From NCBI RefSeq assembly GCF_001447785.1, contig NW_015163100.1, positions 898,534 through 962,533 of the forward strand: 64,000 bases of DNA, read 5' to 3'. The translations under genes were made by a program, and so were the position numbers. This document shows, in pieces, positions 35,561 through 49,400 of the stretch. Numbering within the stretch: the stretch's first letter is position 1; each line of letters opens with the position of its first letter. The notes beneath the pieces were generated by a model. The model did not search any database. It saw nothing but the letters and a program-made list of their open reading frames with translations, and was not told the origin of the DNA. Source of the stretch: Gekko japonicus. Lineage: Eukaryota.

Positions 35561-37917
35561 AGTATCCATTAATGGATCTCTCCTCCACGAAGCTATGTCA
35601 TCCCCTTTTAGAGACGTCTACCTTTCTAGCCATCACCGCATCCACTGGCAGTGAGTTCCACATGTGCAAATGTGCAAGCTCCCTACCCAGAGGGCCTCCA
35701 GCTAAGATGCTGCATTCCACTGACCGGTACCTTCCCAAAGCAGTAGCAAGGTTCCGTGTTGGGAATTCCCCGCACCACCTCATTCTGTTGTCTGGTGGGG
35801 CTTTCCAAGTGAGAGGCGGTTTCTCAGATCTAGAGGGGGCTGTTGAATGGGAGCGTTACAGGGAGGTGCTGCCCCGCCCTTCCCACCTCTGAGAAGACCT
35901 CTCTGGCTGTCTCCCCCCCCCAGGCCCACCAGACATCAAAGGCAGAGCATCTATCTTCAAAGTTCACCTCCGGCCACTCAGACTGGACGCAGACATCAAC
36001 AGGGACGCTCTGGCTCGAAAGATGGCTGCCCGGACTCCGGGATTCACAGGTGAGATGTGAGAGAAAGACCCAGGGCGAGGTAGGGGGTGCCCGGGGCATG
36101 GGAAGAGCAAGCTGCTTTCATGCAGCAGTAGGACTTGTTGTAGTGACAGGCCCCCCACACCTCCTCAGGGGAGCCTTCCTCAGTGCCTCTCTGCTCTTTG
36201 CCCGGGCGTCTGGATTGCATCTGGGTGATCTAGGGTGGCTGATGGGCAGGTGATCCTGGCCAGTGTTCCCTCCAAGCTGAGTGAGTGTGAGCCAGTTCAC
36301 AGTTTCTTAGCCTCCAGCTCACACATTTTTGTCTCCGCTCAGGAAGGAGGGCTCCAGAGCAAACTAATTTATGTAGTAGAATTTTTGCTCTCAAGACTCC
36401 ACGGCTTAGAGAGAGCATTGATCCTGAGCCACAGCAGGGGAATCGGACTGAATGGCCTTCTGATCCTCCAGTTCTCGGTGATAGCGGAGGAACAGGAGGG
36501 CTCCCCTGATTTATCCAGAGCAGGGCCTGTAAGGGGAAAGGGCATTGAATGAGATGCACATGATCCCATGGCATGGGGCGTTCATGCATCTGGCCTGCCT
36601 GCCCTTGCAGCGAGTGTCTCTGTTCTCTGAATGCCTTGGCTTCTTCCTGATCCGGGACCTCTTCTTGTAACTCCATGCTTCCAAGTGGAGGGAACGAAGA
36701 TTCCTCTATCTAGGGGATGGCTTCCTTTCCTTGCTGGCAACTTGCCCTGCCCTGAGCCAGTTCAGGAGGCCAGCCGGCATCCGAGCAACCCTTCCTCTCT
36801 CTCTCTCTCTGCAGGTGCCGACATCGCCAATGTTTGCAACGAGGCTGCCCTGATTGCCGCCCGCCTCGCTAGCCCCAGCGTGGACGCCAGGCACTTCGAG
36901 CAAGCCGTCGAGAGGGTCATTGGGGGTGAGGGCTCCTCCTGGTCCGTGGGAGCAAGCGGGGTGGTTTGGGGAGGCTGCCCAGTCCCAGGGACGTTTCGTC
37001 GAAGCAGCCCGTGTCGGCTTCCGCGGGGGTGTTTGTGCTGGAAGCTTCCTGCCGGTTTGCCAGTTCCTCGACTGCTGAAGCTGTTGCTGCTTTCCTCTTG
37101 CTGCCTTTGGCGAGAGCGTCAGCTGGAGCCTTCTGTTTGCTCAGAGCCACCCTGAGCAGAGCTGAGAGGTAGCACGTACCGTGTGGCCAGGGGAAGACGC
37201 CTGAACACACACGAAGCTGCCTGATACTGAATCCATCAAAGCCAGAATTGTCTACTCAGACTGGCAGCGGCTCTTCATGCTCTTATGTAGAGTTTTTTCA
37301 CATCCCCTCGTGCCAGGTCTTTTAACTGGAGATGCTGCCAGGGATTGCACCTGGGCCCTTCTGCCACTGAGCCACAGCCCCGCTCAAATGCCTCCGCCGC
37401 TAGGATGGGACCTCCGGAGGGACCAAGCTTTGAAGGATCTGCAGCTGCAGATGCTTTGCTCCGGGACATTGTTAGGAAAAGGGAATTGGAAGAGACGGGT
37501 GGTTTCCCTGGGGAGTGGAGGCTGAGCAGCTGGGCAGGCAGACGTCGCTCTGTGGTTTCCAATGCAGGAAAGACAGAAGTCGGCATTCACAACTTCTGCA
37601 ATTACTGAGGATACTTCAGTGCCTTGGGCTCTAAAGGCCGAATTGTGTGGAGTCTCTGCTGGGCTGGTGTCTTCCTGGGAGTTCTCTGGGGGGTGGGGGG
37701 CCTGATCAAGCAGTGGGGCGGGGGCCCTTTCCACACACTCTGTCCATCCTCCCTACTCCTCTCCAGGGCTCGAGAAGAAGACCCAAGTCCTGCAGCTGGA
37801 CGAGAAGGCCACGGTGGCTTACCATGAGGCCGGTCATGCTGTGGTTGGGTGGTTCTTGGAGCATGCTGATCCCCTGCTGAAGGTGCATTTCTCCCTCCCC
37901 CCCCCCCCGGTTTCTAG

Positions 37918-38388
<471 letters not shown>

Positions 38389-41300
38389 TGAGGGGAGCAG
38401 AGTTTGTTTTTTCCGCCATGCGCTCCCAGCGTGCCAGCGTAGCCGTTTCGACCCCAGTTTGCTTTCTGCATCGAGTCTTGTGGGAAGCCTGTTGATTCTT
38501 GCTCTCGTGGCTACAGCCTAAAGCCTGGGAACAGGCACTGCTGTCTGCAAAAGAACAACTGGATGAGACTGGGGGGAGCCACGATCAAGGCTCCCTCTCA
38601 GCTGGGGAGTCTTGTGAGCAAAAATCCTACTTTGTGAGCTACGGGCATTAAAAGTTGTGAGCGAGCGATTCGGCTGCTGTATAAACTAGGTTGCTCTGGA
38701 GCCCCATCCTTCCTGAGCAAAGGCAAGAATGTGTGAGCCGGAGGCTAAGAAACTGCGAGCTAGCTCACGCGAACTCTGCTGAGCGGGAACACTGGCCGTG
38801 ATGCCTTGGCAAGATTCCCAGGGACGGACATCCCCACCGCAGGCTCAGCGGCGTCTCGCTCTCTTTCAGATCGTGCAGTTCGGCATGAGTGACAAGCTGG
38901 GCCAGGTCTCCTTTGCCCTTCCGCAGCCGGGGGAGCTGGCCCCTGAGAAGCCCTACAGCGAAGCCACCGCGGAGCTGATCGACGAGGAAGTGCGCGCCTT
39001 GATTCACGCGGCCTACCAGAGGACCTTGGAGTTGCTGACCAGCTGCCGCGAGCAGGTGGAGAAGGTACGGAGGCAGGGCGGGCTTCTCCCACGCGACCCA
39101 TTCTGTCGTCCCCCCCACCCCCGTGGGGGTCACTCGCTCACTCTGAGGTCACTCGCTCACTTACCTCCCATGCGCTAGCTAAAATGGGAGAGATTTTCTG
39201 GAGAAAAGGGGGGATTGCTGGGGGTNNNNNNNNNNNNNNNNNNNNNNNNNNNNNNNNNNNNNNNNNNNNNNNNNGGGATGCCTTGGCGTTGCGGCTTCTT
39301 TGCCAAGGCCGTCTTTCCCTTCTGAACCAGCTACTGTTCCTACCGTGCTGCACCCCAAGCGTGGTTTTCCGCCTCTGCCCACTGAGCCTCCTTTCGAGCC
39401 AGCCAACACATTTAACCGTTTATTTGATGCCTCCCTCCCCCTCTCTTCCAAAGACAGTTTGGGGATTTATTTAGGCATTTTAAAAAACACTCTGGGCAGT
39501 GGGATGGGGTGGAGCTTCGGACGGCCACCAGCACAGCAAGCCACGGGCATGGCAGGCAGGTGGCTCAGGGACGTGGCAGGCAGGCGGGTGGCTCCCAAGC
39601 TGCAGTGACTTTGGGGACATGTCCCCGTGCCTCGCCACGCCTGACAAACAGTTCCTGGGCAGGCTTCCCACCTGGGATATGTATTTGCATTTCTTTATGT
39701 CCTGCTTTTCTCCCCTGTTGGGACTCAAAGCACACCTGTATGAACTGTCTAGCGGTGAGGAGTGAGGAAGCTTCCCCCACTGAGTGGGATGCTTTGCCCT
39801 TTTGCACATGAGGAGGAGCCACCAAGGAGCGCTGCTGCTGCTTAGTTGTGGCCTGACGGGAGGAAGCGCAGCACTGGGATGCAGCCGTAAGCAATGTTCC
39901 CTCTGAGCTGAGTTAGTGTGAGCTAGCTCACAGTTTTTTAGCCTCCAGCTCACACATTTTTGTCTCAGCTCAGGAAGGAGGGCTCCAGAGCAAACTAATT
40001 TATGCGGTAGCCAAATTGCTCGGTCGCAACTTTAATGCTGGTAGCTCACAAAGTAGAATCTTTGCTCACAAGACTCCACAGCTTAGAGGGAGCATTGGAA
40101 ATGAGGGAGGGCCAACAGGGGCTTCACAGGGCGCACAGACTTCTGACGCTTCGTTGCCCTGCAGGAAGCTGTGACTGGCCAGCTTACGTGGTGTGTTTGT
40201 GTGCGGGGCTGGCAGAGAGCTGGTACCCCTGGAGGGATTCAGTGACTGGTTTTCCTTCCCTGCAGGTAGGAAAGCGTCTCCTGGAAAAGGAGGTCCTGGA
40301 GAAGGCAGACATGGTGGAATTGCTGGGGCCCAGGCCTTTTGCGGAGAGGTCCACCTATGAGGAGTTTGTCGAGGGGACTGGGAGTTTCGAGGAAGACACC
40401 TCCCTCCCCGAGGGCCTGAAGGACTGGAACTTGGAGCGGGAGGCGGAGAGCGGAGAGGAGAGGGCTCAGCAAAAGGCGCCCTAGAGAAGGGGTCAGCGGC
40501 GCTTTTGCCAGGTTGGCTGCCAGGCCTCCCAAGAGATCCTCTTGCTTGGATGTCCCAGTGGGGCAGGGGTGTGGAGAGACTCTTATCTGGAACTCCAGAA
40601 CTCAGCTCTGCCTTGCCAAGGAAGGACGGGAGCTGGCGCTGAGCCGGGTGCAGGTGGCACTGTGCGCAAACACACACGCAACCTGTCTGGAAGGAGTGAC
40701 TGCCAAGTGCTTCCACCAAAGGACTCTGTCTGCAGCATAAAGTGCAGAATGCCTTTCTGCGAGTGTGTGTGGTGGGGGGACAGGCACCCCTCCTCTAGAC
40801 TGTCCGAAAACTGCCTCTGTGCCTCCTTCACCTTGGGGCAGAAGATGCAGTGGGCAAGGAAGGTCAGAGGAGGCTTGGAGCCACCCCGGCTGGGATCGCT
40901 GGCCCTGGGGCCAAGGGCAGCTGTTCTGTGCTTTGGGGCCCTTTCCTCCAGCCTCCCCCCTCCCTTGGCGTTTGCCCTCCAGCCAGACGAGAGAGGGTAA
41001 GGTGGGGGGCCCCGAGACCCAGCGGAGGATGCAAGTGGTGTGAGCCTCAAGGGCTTTAAAGTTCCGTGGACTTGCCCGTGGTGTGTGCGACACACAGAAA
41101 GGCTGCTGCACAGGAGAGCAAGGGATCAAAAGTGGGAAGGTCTATGAGGATCAAGCCCCACTGAGCTGGGGCCGAGTAAGAAAATGGTGTTTGTTAAAAT
41201 GGTGCTACTTGAATCCTTGACCCCGCTGTCTTCTTGGCTGCTGGGCCTGGGAGCTCTTAGCACAGCCAGTGTCCCCGCTCACATTGATTTGAGGCTGCCC

Positions 41301-44300
41301 CACTCGACTGCACGCGGGTCTTCCTCTCTGCCAGAGATTTCTCGTGACAAAAGGCTCCGGGTGGTGGACAAGACCAGCTTGAAGCCTTCCCATTCTCACA
41401 GTGCGTTTCAAACCTCTGTCTAGCTAAAGCTTCAGATCACAGTGGTATGCGTGAGCTTCATTTTCTCTCTTTCTCTGCACCTCAAGATCGCGTGAGTGAC
41501 CAGAAGGGCTGAGGGTGGTCCAGCAGTGACCAGGTATCCCCTGAAGGGAGCCGTCATCTCAGACCATTAAGTCCTGGGCACTGTCTCTTTCATCCACTCC
41601 GATGGGAGCCAGGCACCCCATTCTTTTCCCCCATGTGCCCGGCCCCTTCTGCCTTGGCTGAAGCTGCCAGGCACCCCAGCCACGCCAGGAACGTATTTTC
41701 TGTCACAGACAGAGTTGGGGGCTAAAGTGAGTGAAACCTGTCTCCAGCAAGCAAAGGCCACCCTGACTCCGCGCTCCACCTCCCTCTTCCAGTAGTGGTT
41801 AAGAGCGCAGACTCTAATCTGGGAGAACCGGGTTTGATTCCCCATCCCCACTCTTCCACATGCTGGTGTGATCTTGGGTCAGTTACAGGTTTTTTCAGGA
41901 GCAGTCTTTGAAAGAGCTCTCTCAGCCCCACCTGCCTCACAGGGTATCTGCTGTGGGGAGGGGGAGGGAGTTTGTAAACTGCTCTGAGACACCTTTGGGT
42001 AGTGAAGGGCGGGGTATGGATCCAATATCCCCTCCTCCTTCCACTGACCTCTCATTCGCCCCCCCCCCAATCCCTCGCATTCCTACTTCTGGCAGAGCCA
42101 GGGATTTCTACTAGCTCCTGCTCAGCTGGGAGCACCCCACCTCAGGCGGGCTACAGGACGCTTGCCCACAGAAGTCCAAGGAGACCCTGTTGTTCTCCCC
42201 GTGTCTCTTTTGTTGCTCCCAGGGCTCTGAGGAGTGCATTATGACATACTGAGTCACTGCAGTTCCTTTGCCTGGCATTCTTCAAGCCCGCAAGGTATTC
42301 CCACGGGCAGTGGCCAGTGGGCACCCGTTGCCTACTGTTGGCAATGTCTCCAGAGTAAAATCCGTGCTCCAGCCTCCCCTTCCTTGCTAGCTCGTTCTGG
42401 TGTTTCACCTTCTTCCCGTGAATTTGACCTGCAGACGTCCAGCTTGCTTCAGACAAGGTGACTTGGCAGAAGCAACACCTGACTCAGCAGATGCACCTCT
42501 GCTGCATTCAGAAAGCCCAAGTTGGCAGCTTCTGCTTCAGGCTGGCAAAGAGCTTTTCCTTCCTGGGGTGTGACACCCAGAGCCATCCCCCCCCCTCCAG
42601 TTTTATATGAGGTTTGTTGTAAGGTGTTCTGTGAAGCAGGGTGCCCAGCCCACGCTGCTGTCGGTCATCAGCCCTCCCGCAACAGTGCCCAATGGTGCCT
42701 CTCGCCCAACCCCTCTTGTCCTCCTGCCCCTCCTCAATCTCTCTCCCCGTCACCCTGCCGCACGTGCCTGTTGCATTCAACACTCTGTGCCGCTGTCTCT
42801 TACACTGAGCCGTTTCGCCCCTCTTCTTTTTTCAGCTTTTGCACACGTTCTGTAAACGTAGCCTTCTCCGAAAGTGGAACTTGTTGCATGTACGACCCGC
42901 TTTAGAAACTCAGACAGACACACTGCTCCCCCCCCGCCCCATACAAGGAGACCAGCCTGGCAGTTATATATTATTTATTTTTATTTAGACATTTTTACCC
43001 CGCCCTCCCCGCAAGCGGGCTCAGGGCCGCTTACAAGGGGCACAGGCCCTTGCGGAAGTGAATCTATTTGGTGAACAGGACCATGTGCAGGTCACCGGGG
43101 ACATTCTGAATGGGGGACGCGGAGGAGCAACAGGTACACTTCAGAGGCCGTGCCAGAGGAGGCACCAAGGCAGACACAGTTTGGGTATATCAGAGTTACA
43201 GCGGGGTGTGTGTGAGAAAGATGTGGCGAGGGCACTAGCATTCCAGGTGATGAGGAGGATGACAAAGCTCAACATGTATGAGAAAGAGGGTGGCAAATGA
43301 TCCCTGGGTGGGGGAGCAAAACCCGTTGTTTTTTTCCCCTTGAGTGTGCAAAAGACTTTATGGGCTCTAAAACACTCATCAAAATCCAGGGCCTTCTCCA
43401 CGCCGTGGTTGCCTGTTTTGCTGAGCCTTCCCTTCCATGCCAGGGTCAAGGAAGGGACTTGTTGGAATGTGTGTGTGTTTGTGCACATTATATAAAGGAA
43501 CTCTTTTCTTGCGCCGTGGTTCTAGCTTCAGGAGAACAAAGCCAGCAGCCACGGCTGTTTTGCGTGACCAGAACAGGCCGGCCTCTGCTCTGCTGCTGAG
43601 CCTGGCACCATCTGACCCGGAGAAGCAAGAAATGCACATTGCCAGCTCCAGCTGACCCCCCCCCCCAAACCCGGGTTGTGTGAGTGGGAGGGGGGGGCGC
43701 AACTACTTTTGCCTACCTGTCACTGGGCATGACCTGGTCCAGAGCTGGCTCTCTGAGGGCGAGGGCCATTTCAATGGCTCGTTCATCCAGTGTGTGTGTG
43801 TGTGGGGGGGGGGTTGTTCCTGTGGCTCAAGGAAGACGTTGCCACCTGGGCCTCAGAGCTATTAACGAAAGTTGTGCTGGTGCTCCTGGGCCCCGACTTG
43901 TGCAAAACTGGAGGTTTGCCACAGGCTGTTCCTACGTCACAGCACTTGTTTTAGAGATGACTGTGCCTCCCCTCTGCATTCTGCCCTGTTCCTTCTGACC
44001 TGCACTCATTGCACACCCTGACAAACATTGCCGCAGTACACGGAGTGCAGGTGAAGAAGCAAACAGGCCCGCCAGTAAGCCCCTGGGCTGCCTGGACTAG
44101 GCAAGAGGTGACTCCAGGCCTTTGCAGCTTGCAGGTGGTGTGTCCCACGGTCCCTGCTTCCCTAAGCCGGCTGGGCCGATCTTGTCAGATCGCAGAAGCT
44201 AAGCAGGGCCGGCCCGGGTAGTGTCCTTGGATGGGAGGCCACCAAAGAAGTCTGGGGTTGCTACGCAGAGGCAGGCAGTGGCCAACCACCTCTCACCTCC

Positions 44301-46484
44301 TCCTGCTTTGAAAATCCTACGGGGCTGCCAGGAGTCATCTGCGATTTGACGGCCCTCTCCGCCACCCTCACGGTCACTTCTGGCCCTCCCTTCCCTAGCC
44401 CTGGGTAGGGACTCTACCTCAATGTGGGCCTTCCTAGAACACCAGTTGCTAATCACCGGGGGGGGGGGGGGGGGAGAGGAACAGCTCCTACCAAATCCAG
44501 ACCTGTGGCTTTAAAGACCAGGGAGGCTAGCCGTGCTGTGCTGTGCGCCTGCTAGCAAGGATGGCACCTTCCACTGGGGCACAACGTGGGGGCCTGGGGG
44601 ACGGTGCCCTGATGACAGATGCCAAGCGCAGGCCTGGAAACACGACAGCTGCACTCCCAGGAGCCTCTCTGTCTTCCGCCAGTGCTCGGGGCAGGCTGCA
44701 GCCGTCTTTCTCCCCACGGTGCTGGGCAGGCACCAGCAGCCACTGCATTGGCCGGCACACCCTTGTGAGCTACAGAGGAGGCTGGGGAAGACCGAGCCCT
44801 TCCGGGGGCGCCTTCTCTGCCGCCTCCTGGAGCCCCTCTTAAAAATAAGCGGCAGGGCTCTCCAGCGAATCCCTGCAAATCCTGGCAAGCAGCTGTGTGT
44901 GGCCTGGCGACCCAGGATGGATTTGGGAGGCAGCTGCTGTCCCCCCTCCCCCAGGAGGCTCATGTGTCGCTCGGGCATGAGGCACTAGCGTTTCCACTGC
45001 AGCTGGCTGCATTTGCCCTGTGGTCAGCAGATGCTTATCTGTGTTCGGCCGTGAAACGGCNNNNNNNNNNNNNNNNNNNNNNNNNNNNNNNNNNNNNNNN
45101 NNNNNNNNGGCTGTACTTTTGGCCCTAAGGAGAGCTCTTCTGCCCCCAAGATGCTGGCAGTTGGATGCCAGTGAGGTGCCCGTTGCGTCAGACGGGGAGG
45201 CAAACATCAGCGCCCCCATCCTCTCATCCGCTCGGCAAGGAAAGCAGCGTTCAGACAACACCCCGTGCATCTGTCCCGACTGCCGTAAACAAAGGCATAC
45301 ACAAGTGTAGCAGGTTGCGGAGCACTTCCTCAAAAGAAGGATGTGGCGGCGCTACCGGGGACAGGGTTGTGCAGTAGCCTCTCCCCGGCAGGGGGAAAGG
45401 GCTATGAGGTCTGAAGAGACGGTGCAGTTCCGTGGCGGTTAGAGGTCCAGACTGGGCTCCCAGCCGCAGCCCCACCTCTGCGACAGATGCTCTGGGTCAC
45501 AGCACCGTCCCAGCTCCCCAGCCCTGTGGGAGATTAGTGAGCTACAGGCTGGCTGGCAAATTCTGTCAGGGCTGCAAATTCCTTTACAGGCTGAGCAACA
45601 CAAAGCAAGAGCTGTCCGGATGTCCCGATTGAGCTGAGAGAGGGGGAGATCCTCGGTGTGGAAGCTGTGGCAGGTGCTTCGGCCGGCCCTCCTTCAGCTC
45701 CCCAACACTGGCCCGGTGCATCGATGGGAGCCTGCTTGGCCGGGTTCCAGTTTCACGAGCCCTTGCTGAGCTGCATTGCCAGGAAGCCTGCGGGCTGCCT
45801 TCCACTGAGCCCCCGGCGCTGCCTTGCTTGGCCTGGTTCCTGCCCCACAGTCATCCTTCCAGAAGTCTGTCTAGAGAGCGAGCGTTGCCGTCTGAGCCCT
45901 CAGCTGCATGTGGTCGCCAGCCACGTTTTGTGCAGTGGAGTGCCAGGGAATATGCACGGCACAGGGTATGGACGAGCTGTGCCAGTGCCAGCATGCTAGC
46001 CCCTTTGGCACCATGAACTTCGGCGAGAGCTCCAGAGCAGCAGAGAGGAGTTAAGGCCACTGGGAAGAGAACGTGCTTTGAACGGCTGGACCCGTCGTCC
46101 TCTGGGGGCCCTGCACAAGGCACCCCGGCTCCCCCCTTGGATTCCTTTGGTATCACAGGGTTCCCGACCCGGCGGAGATGCCTCTTGCTTTTGCTCCAAC
46201 CGTCAAGGCACATGGCGGGGGGACGGACTTCTCTCTTGCTCCCCTCCTTCTGGGGCCGCTCCCAGGTGAGGCCGTTGCTTCTCCGCTCAGGTGTGTTACG
46301 GAGGAACAGCAGGCTCCAGCGTGCTCCAGGAAACGGGGCTCTGTGGCCTCCCCACATCTGGGAAACAATAAGCAGGAGGCAAAGGGAGCTCAGTCCAAAT
46401 GTCTGGGGCGGGGGAGGTGACGGGATGTCTTTGAAGGTCACCGCCTGGCTTTTGTGGCTAGTGCAAGAGAGCGCTCAGGGCACC

Positions 46485-49400
46485 TTATTCTTCCTTCGCC
46501 TTCCCCATCGTCTGGAAAGGCTCTTCTTGGCTGGCCTGGAGCTCCGAGTCGCTGAGGTGCTTCTTCTCTCGCCGCTGGTCCGCTTTCGACCTCGTCCAGG
46601 AGGGGGAGCGCAGGTAGCCGGCCCGGGGGATGGGGTGGGGGGATGGGTGGAGACCTGCACAGAGAGAGAGAAGGAGACGGAGATCTGAGCAGGAACGCCT
46701 GAGACACACCTCAGAGTGCCTCTCTGGGCCGGTGCCTAGTTGAAGAGCTCAGCTTGGCACGCAGAAGGCCTCTGGCTCCCTCCCTGGCAGCTCCAGCCGA
46801 AGGACTCAGGCCGCCCGGGACCTTGGAGAGCTGCTGCCAGGTGGAGCGTACCAAGCTATGTAGCTGGGATTGGGGCCCCCGACCTTTTTGAGTCTCCAGG
46901 CACCTTTGGGACTCTGCCACAGCGTGGCGGGCTCAGCCACGAAACGGTTGGCTGAAAATAGCCGCGGCAGGAGGCAGAGGCAGCCATACAGAAGGGCTGC
47001 TGCAGTTTGCCTTCAGCCACACAGCAGAGACGCTTGTGCCGTTGGGGGCAGCTTCAGAATAGGCAACTTTCTAAACAAAAGAAATCTGCAGTCAATTACA
47101 TCTCCAGCGACCTGTCAGAAGCCCTGCTGGGCACGTGTTCCTACCTGGCCCGGCCCACTTTCTAGCAACTCTTGGCGGGTGTCATCCCCGGGGACCTCTG
47201 AGCTACGACATTCTTGCCCCAGTGTCCCTCCAAGAGTGATGTATGTGGGTCTCCTTCCCCGCTGCATCCTTGCAAACAGCCTTACGAGGTTGGCTCCCCC
47301 GACAGCACGTGTCCAAAGTCACCCCGTCAAATGATAGCTGCGCAGGGTTTATGAACTCATCATCTCCCAGACCCTGCTCCAATACTCTAACCACTACCCC
47401 TCCCTGGCTCCCTGGTGGGTCTGGCTTGAGAGAAGGCAGTTTCATGGGCCCAGGGGGAGGGGTCTTGGGGCTCCCGGAAGTTCTGCTCAGTCCCTCAGGA
47501 GACCTGCCCTCCCCACTCCAAAGTGCCAAGCATGAACCCCGCCCTTTCATCAGGGGCCACTATATTAATCTGAGTCCAACCGGGCGCAAGGTCTCCTTCT
47601 CAGAACCCCACCATTTGCCTGTGTGAACTTACTGGCGACGGGAGGAGCCACACCAAGGTAGAGGGTGGGGACCCAAAAGTGGTTTTAGCAATTCCCTGTT
47701 CTTCTCCCCTCTTTGAACACATGGAGTTGCTTTGTCCATCAAAGTCAGTCTTGTCCACTCAGATCGGCAGCAGCTCTCCAGGGTCTCCGGCAGAGAGAGG
47801 TCTTTCACATCAACCTCCTGCCTGGGTCCTTTTTAACTGGGGATGCTGCTAGGGATTGAACCCGGGACCTCCTGCATGCCAAGCAGAGGCTCTTCCACTG
47901 AGCCACGGCCCCTCTTTCCAGCTCTCCAGGGTCTCAGGCGGAGGTCTTTCCCATCCCCTCCTGCCTGGTCCTTTTTACCTGGGGATGCTGCTGGGGATTG
48001 AACCCGGGGCCTTCTGCAAGCCAAGCAGAGGCTCTTCCACTGAGCCACGGCCCCTCTTTCCAGCTCTCCAGGGTCTCAGGCGGAGGTCTTTCCCATCCCC
48101 TCCTGCCTGGTCCTTTTTACCTGGGGATGCTGCTGGGGATTGAACCCGGGGCCTTCTGCAAGCCAAGCAGAGGCTCTTCCACTGAGCCACGGCCCCTCTT
48201 TCCAGCTCTCCAGGGTCTCAGGCGGAGGTCTTTCCCATCCCCTCCTGCCTGGTCCTTTTTACCTGGGGATGCTGCTGGGGATTGAACCCGGGGCCTTCTG
48301 CAAGCCAAGCAGAGGCTCTTCCACTGAGCCACGGCCCCTCTTTCCAGCTCTCCAGGGTCTCAGGCGGAGGTCTTTCCCATCCCCTCCTGCCTGGTCCTTT
48401 TTACCTGGGGATGCTGCTGGGGATTGAACCCGGGGCCTTCTGCAAGCCAAGCAGAGGCTCTTCCACTGAGCCACGGCCCCTCTTTCCAGCTCTCCAGGGT
48501 CTCAGGCGGAGGTCTTTCCCATCCCCTCCTGCCTGGTCCTTTTTACCTGGGGATGCTGCTGGGGATTGAACCCGGGGCCTTCTGCAAGCCAAGCAGAGGC
48601 TCTTCCACTGAGCCACGGCCCCTCTTTCCAGCTCTCCAGGGTCTCAGGCGGAGGTCTTTCCCATCCCCTCCTGCCTGGTCCTTTTTACCTGGGGATGCTG
48701 CTGGGGATTGAACCCGGGGCCTTCTGCAAGCCAAGCAGAGGCTCTTCCACTGAGCCACGGCCCCTCTTTCCAGCTCTCCAGGGTCTCAGGCGGAGGTCTT
48801 TCCCATCCCCTCCTGCCTGGTCCTTTTTACCTGGGGATGCTGCTGGGGATTGAACCCGGGGCCTTCTGCAAGCCAAGCAGAGGCTCTTCCACTGAGCCAC
48901 GGCCCCTCTTTCCAGCTCTCCAGGGTCTCAGGCGGAGGTCTTTCCCATCCCCTCCTGCCTGGTCCTTTTTACCTGGGGATGCTGCTGGGGATTGAACCCG
49001 GGGCCTTCTGCAAGCCAAGCAGAGGCTCTTCCACTGAGCCACGGCCCCTCTTTCCAGCTCTCCAGGGTCTCAGGCGGAGGTCTTTCCCATCCCCTCCTGC
49101 CTGGTCCTTTTTACCTGGGGATGCTGCTGGGGATTGAACCCGGGGCCTTCTGCATGCCAAGCAGAGGCTCTTCCTCCACCACAGCCTCGCCCCTCTTTCC
49201 GTGTGTGTGTGTCCTCCGATGTGACCTGTGCACATACCCAGGGCCCAGCAGGGCTAGCTGCAGCCTGGATCCCCCCCCCCCGCCAAACCCCCACAGCCTG
49301 CTCAGCATGCAAAGACGCTGGCTCATTAATTCCACTCACACTTCCCTACCAGGAAGGCTGATTTGCATTTTCACTCCATCTGGTCCTTGGGATGCAGCTG

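Noticed and set aside
42961-43040. Minus-strand AATAAA as the DBNDD1 polyA signal
   Set aside because: It lies in a LINE-type (TAAA)n tail about 3.5 kb from the stop codon, with no independent support.
47850-47915. tRNA-Ala gene cluster
   Set aside because: A and B boxes are present but there is no proper acceptor stem, and the heads run into SINE body sequence found dispersed elsewhere in the window (about 9857, 11869, 37340).
47833-49235. Repeated 71-aa and 95-aa ORFs with CRISPR-like periodicity
   Set aside because: These are translations of a 142-bp SINE-derived tandem repeat. There are no unique spacers, no cas genes, and the context is eukaryotic.
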